A stretch of DNA of 64,000 nucleotides. It comes from a virus. The notes under the pieces are model-generated. The model was not told the origin of the DNA and ran no database searches. It worked only from the letters and a program-made list of their open reading frames with translations. This document shows, in pieces, positions 10,319-19,500 of the stretch. Location: the IMG/VR virus record IMGVR_UViG_3300006310_000001; one strand, given 5' to 3'. Position 1 is the first letter of the stretch; each line of letters opens with the position of its first letter. A program made the translations under genes and the position numbers.

Positions 10319-11140
10319 TTATCCTATCATAAAAGGTTGCGGTTCTTCAAACTCGCTTCTTAATTTTATTTCCAATTTATCCAAATCTTCTAGTGCTTCA
10401 CTATAAATTTGTTTACCGTTTAATGTAACTCCACCAAGCATTGCAACACCATCAAACTTACTTAAATTGGCTCCCCATTGTTTTTTAAATAAAGCAGTTA
10501 CGTATCTTTTTAACCAAATATCATTAAAGACATCTGTATATGTGTTAGGGTCTAATTTTCTCCAGCATTCTATTACAAGAAATTCATCTACTTGTAAATC
10601 ATTTTTCCAATCCATATCAACATAAAGTCTATTATCTAATTGGTTAAATCTATAAGGTTTTTCTCCGACTAATATATGGTCTAAAAAATCTAAATGTCTT
10701 AATACAACATCATAGTTAATAACAGACGTTGAAGAAAAATCATATAGGTCATTTAATCTTAATTGATATCTAACATCAAATAAATTTAAATTACCTTTAT
10801 TTGAAAATGGAAAAATGTTAATTACAGATATAACAGATTCAGGACATACAATATACTGATTGCCTTCTTTCCATTCTGTATTTACTACAGAAGAATCACC
10901 ATATGTTTTAGATTCAGTTTCAGTACTATCTGCTAAAATTCTAGCTTTATCTGCCGCTGTATACTTGTATTTTAAATAGGTTCTTTTAACACCATCATAG
11001 TGGTATTGAGCAAAATATTGTAATGCTTCATCAAGTCTATCTTCCAGTTGGTCGTCATCAACGTTGATTTCAATTACTGGTTTACCTAATGCTCTTAAAG
11101 CGTATTGTTTTACTGTTTCTCTGGATGCTGGTTCTGCCAT
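10319..11140 (-). CDS. gp13: Neck protein
   Basis: LRALGKPVIEINVDDDQLEDR, KKQWGANLSKF.GV.M.GGVTLNG. Confidence 0.94.
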   Translation of the reverse strand: MAEPASRETVKQYALRALGKPVIEINVDDDQLEDRLDEALQYFAQYHYDGVKRTYLKYKYTAADKARILADSTETESKTYGDSSVVNTEWKEGNQYIVCPESVISVINIFPFSNKGNLNLFDVRYQLRLNDLYDFSSTSVINYDVVLRHLDFLDHILVGEKPYRFNQLDNRLYVDMDWKNDLQVDEFLVIECWRKLDPNTYTDVFNDIWLKRYVTALFKKQWGANLSKFDGVAMLGGVTLNGKQIYSEALEDLDKLEIKLRSEFEEPQPFMIG

Positions 11141-11158
11141 ACTGGTTCCTTTATTGTA

Positions 11159-11166
11159 TATTTATA
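11159..11166 (-). promoter_or_regulatory. T4-type late promoter upstream of gp13
   Basis: Exact TATAAATA in the gap between pcyX and gp13. Confidence 0.78.
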
Positions 11167-11173
11167 ATAACAA

Positions 11174-11851
11174 TTATATCTTCGGAAACAAATTATCAGT
11201 ACAGAATAGTTTTATATCATCTTCAGGCAGTCCAAGAGTTTTCATTACTCTAGGGGTGTGTGGATTTTGTTGTTGGTGTTCGCAATAGAAGTTTTGCGCT
11301 CTTATTACATCTTCTTCCTTTGAATCGCTATTATAATGACCAATTTTGTCAAGATAATTTTCTAAATTAGACGTAGCTAGAGTACATATTTGGTTTAATT
11401 CTTTTTCTTCTGTTACTCTACCAGCAGCAATCATACCAGGACTAAAGATAGCCTTTGCCCAATCAGGCAATTCTCTTTCTTTAGATGGTTTAAACCATTT
11501 ATTCTCTTCTATAAAATACTTTGTTAAGGGATGGTCTTTTAATAATAGTGGACTAAAATCGTGAAAGACACCTGTTATCTTTTTCTTACCTGCAATAACA
11601 TCAAATCCATAAATTGGACCACCATTTGTTAAATTTGGAAATAAACATATATGTGCCATCCAAAGACCTTTTGTTTCTCTGGCGTCCACTACGTCTACGT
11701 GAGCACGTCTTACACTCATATTAGACCAAGTACGGTTGGTCCAAGTATCATTATTAAATCTATCCATACCCTCTTCGTTGTATTCTTTACAACGTCTATC
11801 AAGTATAGCGATTATTTCTTTTTCTAATTTAATTAGTCGTTCCCAAATCAT
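11174..11851 (-). CDS. pcyX: Ferredoxin-dependent bilin reductase, PcyX-like
   Basis: RRAHVDVV, WMAHICLFP (His), PIYGFDVIAG (Asp), VFHDFSP, YCEHQQQNPHT; adjacent to heme oxygenase. The bilin reductase family is secure; PcyX versus PcyA subfamily is less so. Confidence 0.85.
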   Translation of the reverse strand: MIWERLIKLEKEIIAILDRRCKEYNEEGMDRFNNDTWTNRTWSNMSVRRAHVDVVDARETKGLWMAHICLFPNLTNGGPIYGFDVIAGKKKITGVFHDFSPLLLKDHPLTKYFIEENKWFKPSKERELPDWAKAIFSPGMIAAGRVTEEKELNQICTLATSNLENYLDKIGHYNSDSKEEDVIRAQNFYCEHQQQNPHTPRVMKTLGLPEDDIKLFCTDNLFPKI

Positions 11852-12449
11852 CTTTAACCTCGTTAGTTAAAATTAAAGGTTTTGAATAATCCATATCGTT
11901 CATTTCTTTGAACAATTGTGTAGCAGTTGCAAAACAAAATTTAACTTCATTTAGAATATTAAGTTTATAAACATTTAAATAACTGTTTATCATTTCTCTT
12001 ACTATTCGTTTATACTCTTTTATTTCTTTATGTTTAAACTTGTAATAACGATTAGGTCCTGGTGTTCTTTTCATTATCATTTGACCACCAGATACATCTC
12101 CTAAATGTCTAGTATAGATATGACCGTATAATTTTTCTGCGTCTTCTTTGATTGTTTCAATATGAGCAACATAATCTTTAGTACTTTGAGTTACTGTTGG
12201 AAGGTCTTCACTTGTCCATAATGCTTTAAAATCATAATGTAAATGTTCTGCTCTAGGTAAATTAGGAGTTGTACGAAATAGAGAATTTTCTATTCCATAT
12301 TTTTCTAATATAGCATAACATTGTAATTGATTGTAAAGATAGGTTGCATAAAGTCTAGGTTCAATAGAACCTGACATAAGAGTTTTGACAAACTCTTGTC
12401 TTTCAGCGTTTTGGTGTATATCTTTGGTTAATTCTTTGATGTCATACAT
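11829..12449 (-). CDS. hemO: Heme oxygenase
   Basis: Proximal His in TKDIHQNAE, distal helix HIYTRHLGDVSGGQ. Confidence 0.92.
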   Translation of the reverse strand: MYDIKELTKDIHQNAERQEFVKTLMSGSIEPRLYATYLYNQLQCYAILEKYGIENSLFRTTPNLPRAEHLHYDFKALWTSEDLPTVTQSTKDYVAHIETIKEDAEKLYGHIYTRHLGDVSGGQMIMKRTPGPNRYYKFKHKEIKEYKRIVREMINSYLNVYKLNILNEVKFCFATATQLFKEMNDMDYSKPLILTNEVKDDLGTTN

Positions 12450-12485
12450 AATATAATACTTATCATAATAAAATCACTACATAAA

Positions 12486-12806
12486 TTAAGCTAGACCAGC
12501 GTCTGAAAGTCTTTTTGCTTCTGCAATTTTAGCTTTATTTAAATCATCAGATTTTGTTTTCTCAGCAGCGTCTTCATCTGTTTGCGCTTGTTCTTTTGCT
12601 GTTAGAGCAGCCGCTTCATCACCGCCAGCTCCGCCAACTATTGTCAATTCTTTTGTATCTGGATTGATTGACATTCTCCACGCTTCAATGTTATCAGGAA
12701 CGTCATCAACTTTGATTGCTTGTCCTTTTGCTACTGCGTCATCTCCAGTTTCAGCATTTGGTGAAAAAGGTTCGCCTGCTAGTGTAAAGTAATATGTTCT
12801 TGCCAT
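12486..12806 (-). CDS. Hypothetical acidic protein, possible fibre chaperone
   Basis: 106 aa ORF with SD, directly after the aromatic-rich virion protein; no recognisable motif. Confidence 0.55.
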   Translation of the reverse strand: MARTYYFTLAGEPFSPNAETGDDAVAKGQAIKVDDVPDNIEAWRMSINPDTKELTIVGGAGGDEAAALTAKEQAQTDEDAAEKTKSDDLNKAKIAEAKRLSDAGLA

Positions 12807-12818
12807 CTCTATAATCTC

Positions 12819-14315
12819 CTATGTTCCGTATTTTCCACCGTAAGTATTTTCGGCATTTCCGAACTGACCCCACCAGTCAATTTGCATTAATAGTGGATAG
12901 TTAGTTGAGTAGAAACCTCCGTGTAGCCAAGTTCTAGCAGCGAATAAACCGTAATTTCCAGTTTTATTAGTTACTGTAGTTCCAACGTGTGAGTTGTTAT
13001 TTGGTATAACTTCATCTCCTGAAGAACCACCTTGATAAACAAGTGTACTTACTGTTTCATCTGAATCCGTAGGATCAAAAGACCAAGCATATGTTCTATG
13101 AGACTCTGAATCGCAGTTGTCTGACCAACCTCCGTGGAAACCTGTACGTCCCCAAGCAAAGTAAGGATTGGCTCTACTTGATTTAGTTTGGTTTATACAA
13201 ATAAATTTTCTAGGGTTTTCTATATTCATACAGAAACCATTGATACCTGGACCATAGTAATAATATGGTGAATAAATCATTCCCCAAGTTCCATCCCAAG
13301 TCGTCATAAATTTACTGTAGTATTGGTGTCCGTTATTAGCACCGTAAGATGTAGTTGTTGATCCTGTAAAATCTTGCCAAGTTGACCATTGTCTACTTGC
13401 ACCAGTTTGGTGAGCAGTTCCGCCTTTGACTGAACAATCAAATACACCGTATCTTTTACTATTACTTTGTTTTAATCCAAATCCAACATAGTCATTATTA
13501 CCAACAACAACGCACCAATCTTTAACATTTTGATTAGTCCAAGTGTCAGAAAAATATTCAGTTGAAGTTAAGTTATCAAAGTATTCTTTAATTCTGTCTA
13601 TTTTATTTAAACATTTAGCAGATTTGAAAATGTGAATCTTTTTAGAAGTATTTCCACCTTCGTCACCAGAGTGAACCATAACTAAAGTTTTTGTTTTCTC
13701 ATTGTATCCAGTACCAGTTGAATAAGTTTGGTCTGTATTCAACATATGAGAAGTATAATCATACGTGTCTATATTTGGAGCACCGTGCTGACCTGGATAT
13801 CTTTCTCTTAACGTAAATCGTCTATTAACAAACATACGTCTAGGTCTAATTCCTTCTGGAAGAACCATATTTAATTTTGTCCAACCATTTTGATATTCAA
13901 AAGAAGATGTGTATTGGTGATAAGAATGCCAAGATACGAATCCATCTCTTGAAGATGAATAATATTGTGCGTGTGGATATTGGTCACATTGGTACGTACT
14001 TTTGTTCCAATATGTCCAAGATGTATAATCTTGTGTTGTTAAATTTTCGTGAGATACGTGTTGACCGTGGTCATTATCTGTATAAGCGTGAGAAGCATCC
14101 GACAACATACCAAATCTATAGTTTGTTGTTGAGTTACATACAGCACCCCAAGGTGACCCTACGTTTTGAAAACCAGAATCAAAGACTCTGTAGTTTACGT
14201 TGTGATTACCGTCGGAGTTATCTCCCCACATACCGAATAGTGGAAGACCTTCTTTTCTGTGGTCTATTGCACCAGCTGAACTGCCGCCGCTTAAAAGTGT
14301 TGTTAATGAACTCAT
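12819..14315 (-). CDS. Putative virion receptor-binding / distal fibre protein
   Basis: MSSLTTLLSGG N-terminus typical of fibre-tip proteins; rich in W/Y/H/N/G/S/T; own late promoter. Confidence 0.5.
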   Translation of the reverse strand: MSSLTTLLSGGSSAGAIDHRKEGLPLFGMWGDNSDGNHNVNYRVFDSGFQNVGSPWGAVCNSTTNYRFGMLSDASHAYTDNDHGQHVSHENLTTQDYTSWTYWNKSTYQCDQYPHAQYYSSSRDGFVSWHSYHQYTSSFEYQNGWTKLNMVLPEGIRPRRMFVNRRFTLRERYPGQHGAPNIDTYDYTSHMLNTDQTYSTGTGYNEKTKTLVMVHSGDEGGNTSKKIHIFKSAKCLNKIDRIKEYFDNLTSTEYFSDTWTNQNVKDWCVVVGNNDYVGFGLKQSNSKRYGVFDCSVKGGTAHQTGASRQWSTWQDFTGSTTTSYGANNGHQYYSKFMTTWDGTWGMIYSPYYYYGPGINGFCMNIENPRKFICINQTKSSRANPYFAWGRTGFHGGWSDNCDSESHRTYAWSFDPTDSDETVSTLVYQGGSSGDEVIPNNNSHVGTTVTNKTGNYGLFAARTWLHGGFYSTNYPLLMQIDWWGQFGNAENTYGGKYGT

Positions 14316-14349
14316 TAAATGTTCTCCCCTAAAATTTTGTTTGTAATAC

Positions 14350-14357
14350 TATTTATA
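14350..14357 (-). promoter_or_regulatory. T4-type late promoter
   Basis: Exact TATAAATA upstream of the 498-aa ORF. Confidence 0.75.
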
Positions 14358-14373
14358 TAGTTTATATCTTTCA

Positions 14374-15000
14374 TTATGAAATTAACCACCCAATAAAAGA
14401 TGAAGTTACATCTGGTATTGTTTTATATGTTAGTCTGAAAGTAGCATACTTTTTGTCTACTATTAAATCTGTAGCACTTCCTGCTATGTTTTCACCATTT
14501 CTATCAACTGTAAGATTTTTTGTATCAAAAACTCCCATACCATCATTGATAATAACAAAGTCGTTATCTGCTGGTGAAGCAGGTAGTGTCATTGTAAATA
14601 CACCGTCTGTTGTATTGCATATATATGCACCGCCAGAAACAGCAGTAAAGTTAGCTGTTTTTGCTTCCCATAAAATTGAAGTTGAAGAACCCCAAACAGG
14701 ATCAGCACTAGCACCTTTAGTTACTAACATTTGATTTGGTGTGCCTGCCGCTAATCTTTGTACACCACTTGCATCCCTAAACAGCATATCGCCGTGGGTA
14801 GTAAGTTGTGTTACGTCATCACCTTTTTTGGCTATTTTAGACCAATAGGTTGCATTTGAAGTTGCGTTTCCAGTTGAAGCTAAAATGCAAATAAAAGTTT
14901 CGCCTCCATAGGTAGCAATGTCGTCCACTACATAAGCAGTAGCAGCATTATATGCCCCTTGAAATACTGGTTTAATTCTTCCTAAATTTATAGTTGCCAT
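14374..15000 (-). CDS. Short tail-fibre adaptor-like protein, paralogous to the ends of the 2429-aa protein
   Basis: N-terminal carbohydrate-binding-like repeat (YVVDDIATYGG), GDMLFR...RL..G linker, C-terminal TLPASP...LTVDRNG domain. Confidence 0.65.
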   Translation of the reverse strand: MATINLGRIKPVFQGAYNAATAYVVDDIATYGGETFICILASTGNATSNATYWSKIAKKGDDVTQLTTHGDMLFRDASGVQRLAAGTPNQMLVTKGASADPVWGSSTSILWEAKTANFTAVSGGAYICNTTDGVFTMTLPASPADNDFVIINDGMGVFDTKNLTVDRNGENIAGSATDLIVDKKYATFRLTYKTIPDVTSSFIGWLIS

Positions 15001-15015
15001 AATTCTCTTGATCCT

Positions 15016-15029
15016 TATTTATATTTATA
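15016..15029 (-). promoter_or_regulatory. Two overlapping T4-type late promoters
   Basis: TATAAATA at 15016-15023 and 15022-15029. Confidence 0.72.
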
Positions 15030-15069
15030 ATAGTTCTCTTCTACCATTTTAGTTAATTCAGATAATTTT

Positions 15070-16503
15070 TTATCCCATTTCTATGGTTAGGTTTCCGTTG
15101 ACTACCGTAAATGCCAACCCTCTTTTCCATAGTACACTATCCTCAAATATATCTTCTTGATGTTTAGTTTTATATCTAGTGTCAATATCATCAAGTCCAT
15201 TTGTGTAAGTTATCTGTAAATTGCCTTTCCATTCAGGTGTAAAAATTTCACCACCTTGACTTGGATGACCACCATTATAATAATACAACTTATCTACAGC
15301 ACTTCCTGGGTCTGTACTTGGTGTTTTACTTGGAACAATAATTGTTGTTGTAGCTCCAGGAGTTCCAGGAGTTCCAGATGAACTTACTCCTGTTACATAT
15401 TCAGTTCCACCTGCTTTATGTGTACCATCAACTGTTGTTGAGAATTTTAATGAGTGTCCGACTAAAGCAGTTTGAGAAACATCAAACACATACGTATTTC
15501 CTTCAAGAAATGTCATAGTGTTTTGACTTCTAGCTACGTGACTATATGGTAATTCATCTTCGCCACCATCAATCATTAACGTACCAGCAGTTCCTAAAAC
15601 ATACAGTTTTGTTCCATCAGCATTAAAAGTTAAACCACGTGGGTTCATTGTTGGTGCTGAAGGAGCATTAGTTAAACCAACTTCGTGTGTAAGTGCTTGT
15701 GTAGTTGAAACATCAAAACCTGTTACTAATGGATATTGTATAACATCATCACCATCTGTTCCTGCAATAAACATTCTTGTTCCATCTGTATTAAAACCTA
15801 AACCAGCTGGTGCTGTTTCTTGAGCGCCGATAGAAAAAGCATCTACGAAAGTTGCTGTAGAAACATCATACGCTGTACTTAAATCATATTCATTAACATC
15901 ATTACCAGTATCGCCAAGAACAATTAATAAAGTTCCATCAGCATTAAATTGCATATCACTAATAGCAGTATCTTGAGCAAGACAAGAAAATAAATCTGTA
16001 TAAGTTGCTGTAGTAATATCCCAAGCTGTAGTTAATGCATATTCATTAATATTACAAGCAGCTATACCTGCACTTGGTACTCCATCTCTACCCACAACAT
16101 ACATTTTAGTTCCTGTTGGATTAAATCTTACTGACCTTGGATTATCATCTTGAGCAGATACATCTTTATGTGTTCTCCAACTTGCTGTAGAAACATCAAA
16201 AGCTGTAGTCAATGTATATTCATCAACGTGTTTATCTGCATTACCCATAACAAACATTTTTGTTCCATCAGTACTAAACGTTGTGTTTAATGGATTTGAA
16301 TCATTAAACCCTATGTAATAAGATGTTGTATATGCTAATGTAGAAATATCCCAACCTGTTCCTAATGTATATTCATATACACTTTCATTACCAGTAATTA
16401 AGGTAAGGGTTCTATGTATCGTTTGAGAAGGAGCAACTCTATGGAATCCATAAAAGTCATCTTTCTCAGCGGATGTGACTGTAAAATCTGTTAATCTACT
16501 CAT
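15070..16503 (-). CDS. Virion-associated protein with beta-propeller-like repeats and a cupredoxin-like segment
   Basis: Five roughly 50-aa repeats EY.L.T.[WFY]D.ST...F..DGT...V.G, followed by FLEGNTYVFDVS...GHSLKFS. Confidence 0.6.
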   Translation of the reverse strand: MSRLTDFTVTSAEKDDFYGFHRVAPSQTIHRTLTLITGNESVYEYTLGTGWDISTLAYTTSYYIGFNDSNPLNTTFSTDGTKMFVMGNADKHVDEYTLTTAFDVSTASWRTHKDVSAQDDNPRSVRFNPTGTKMYVVGRDGVPSAGIAACNINEYALTTAWDITTATYTDLFSCLAQDTAISDMQFNADGTLLIVLGDTGNDVNEYDLSTAYDVSTATFVDAFSIGAQETAPAGLGFNTDGTRMFIAGTDGDDVIQYPLVTGFDVSTTQALTHEVGLTNAPSAPTMNPRGLTFNADGTKLYVLGTAGTLMIDGGEDELPYSHVARSQNTMTFLEGNTYVFDVSQTALVGHSLKFSTTVDGTHKAGGTEYVTGVSSSGTPGTPGATTTIIVPSKTPSTDPGSAVDKLYYYNGGHPSQGGEIFTPEWKGNLQITYTNGLDDIDTRYKTKHQEDIFEDSVLWKRGLAFTVVNGNLTIEMG

Positions 16504-16529
16504 TTATAATTCTCTTCTATATTTATTTA

Positions 16530-19500
16530 TTACGCTACTTCTACTAATTTCCAACCATTTGTTGATCCAGTATAAACTAAAGTGAATCCTGCGTGGTTGA
16601 TATCAGCAATCATATCTTGTTGTAAATTCATAATATCTTGACCATTTCTATCAACAGTTAAAGGTCTTAATTGAAATGATCCGTTTAAATCTAAAAATAC
16701 AAGTGAATCTCCTACTAGTGGACTAGCAGGCAATTTAACTGTCATTGCAAATAAACTTGTATCTATTAATAATCTTTGTCCACCTATTGCTACAGGTACA
16801 GTTGAACCATCTCCAACTAGAGTTGTCCAAGGAGTTCCTCCAGCTAGACCTGTCCAACTTGTTCCATTATAACCTTCCCAAGAAATTATTGAAGAATTGT
16901 ATCTTAAAGCACCTGCAAATAATTCACCGCCTACAGGTCTTTGTGCTGATGTTCCTGTTGGTGGAACCCACGCACCTGTACCTGCATTATCTCTTGTCAT
17001 ATAACCGACAACAGCATTTTCAGTAGGTATGGCTGTATTTGAATTACCGCCTAAAGTTGCGTCTGTACTAAATTCATTTATGGCAGCACCTAATTCTGCA
17101 CCAATAGAACCAAGTTTTAATTCACTTAATCCTGAAAGGTTAAATGCGTCTGCGTTTAATGTTGCACTACCAGTCGCTTGTTCAATTTTGAATAAATCAC
17201 CAACTCTAAAGTCACCAGTTTGGTCAGTTGATACCCAATATACACGACCACCGTTAACTTCAATTACTTCATCTGACTGGTCAGACGCTTGTAAAGGTGG
17301 TAATGGATAATTAGTTGAAGTAAAATCACCAGTACCTATATCCAAGAAATCGTGACCTGTTAAACGAATATTTGAATATTCTTTTGTTATGTCATTTACT
17401 GTATCCTCATTTTTGGCTTTACTCAAACCAATGCTACTAGTTAATCTTATTACTGCTGTTCCAGCACTCGTATCTTCTTCTGATACTAACCCTACTCTAT
17501 AAAATGTATTATCATTAGGGAATTTAACATTACTTGCTAATGCTATCATATCAACAGCATTTAAAGTTGTTGTACCTGATTTCATTGCAATCAAAGGACC
17601 CCTTTGTCCTTGTTGAGCAGCAGCTGTTCTGTTGAAAACAAAACCTGAAACGTTAACACTATTACTTGTAGCGATGGTAACTTTTTGTGAAGTACCACCA
17701 ATTACATAAGTATGAGCAATTGCTGATTTATCAACACCAAAGATATATGTATTTGCGTCAGGCACATCATAAACTTTAAATATTCCTGAACTTAATATAT
17801 CATCAGGATATGCTTTACTACCTGTTGAACAAGTGAATTGCATTCCTTGTACTTGTACTAAATCATTAACTATTAAACCGTGACCAGTTGATCCTACCGT
17901 AATAAGTCCTGTTACATTATCATAACTAGCACTACTAATTTCAGTTGCACTACCAACACTAGTTGGTGTTGCTGATTTAACTGTACCACCACTAACATAA
18001 GTATGTTCAATATCACTTGGTGCTAAAAAGAAATTTAATTTAGTAGCTGAACTAGATGATTTAACATTAAAGATTCCTGAAGTAGGTACTTGTGGATATA
18101 TTTTAACTCCATATACACAACTTGTTTTAATTCCGAATAAATTTACAGTATCACTCGCTGATAATCCGTGTGTTGGTGTAGTAATTATTGCTTTACCTGT
18201 CGCTATATCATAAACAAAATTTGAAATTGATAATCTAGTACCACCAGTTTTAAGAAGTGTACCACCACTAACATAAGATTGTGCTGTATTACTTGTTCCT
18301 AAATCAACTTGGAATGTTGTTCCTGTTAAATTTGGTGCCTCTACAGTAAATTGTGTAGTAGTAGATGATACAGGATATGTTTTATTTCCTATAACTGTTG
18401 AATCAGAAGAAAGACAACTCAATATTACATCTGATACTTCAATTAATTCTCCAGAACTTCTTCCGTGAGCAAGTGCTGTAGTTACATCTGCGCCTGTAGA
18501 ACCTGATTGACCACCAAAGTAACCATCCAAATCAACAGTAAATGTTGTTGAATCTTCTTTTGTAATTGTAACTGTTTCACCTTGTTTAAAGTTACCAGTA
18601 ATATTTTCTATATGTAAATATAGTAATGATACATTATATCTGAAAAGTGTAGCAGTTGCGCCAGATTCACTACCTACTATTGTAGCTGTACCTTGACCTT
18701 GTACTGCAATTGAATTTTCTATATCTGAAGCAGTTGCTGTTCCACCAAAAGTATCTTTGTCCCATTGCAACATCATACCACGAGATTTAAGATTGATAGG
18801 AACTTCTGCTTCGTTTGTACCTGAAGCAACAACACCTTGTTCTCCATATGCGTGTGAGCAGTTTAAGGCACGAATAAATCCACCTGATTCTGCATAAACG
18901 GCTTTGTCGCAATAGTATACGAATACTGACACCGCTTCAACACGTCCATATCCTAAAATGTGAATACCAATTCCATCTTCATTAATTTGTGTAAAGTCAT
19001 TTGCCAACATTGATTTATAACTTCGTGGGAAAGGACGTAAGTGGAGATTACCGTCAATTTGAACTCCACAAGCACCTGGATTTAAAGATGTACAGTTTTG
19101 TACATAAGGTGAAGTAAGATATATATTACCAATTGGGTCTAAAGATGTAAGAGCTTGTTCGTAAGGACCACTTGGATAAACTTTTTCTCCTAAATCACAT
19201 TCAAATTTCATTTTCCCTAAAGTAACCCAATCACCTGTAGTTAAACTGTGAGAATTGCTTGTAGTAACTGTAACCCTACCGTTGGCATTATTGTAAAGAA
19301 TATTAGATAATCCTAATTTAACTGATTCATTACCAACTGCTATAACGTGACCACCACTCTTATACGTATGTACAAAAGTTGATGTTCCCATTTGAACTGT
19401 AAATTCTGTTCCTGATGTTACTGTTACTTGATATAATCCTCCTGACTGTTTCTTTTCATTAAGATCCAAGAAAGTCATATTTCTTATATTATTTTTTTCG

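Noticed and set aside
11174-12449. Cyanophage origin suggested by the bilin genes
   Set aside because: Cyanobacteria use the C5 pathway rather than ALAS, the reductase looks PcyX-like rather than PebS, and there are no psbA, hli or cpeT genes in the window
12452-12470. Possible Fur box upstream of hemO (TATTATGATAAGTTATATA on minus strand)
   Set aside because: About 12 of 19 matches to the consensus in very AT-rich DNA is expected by chance
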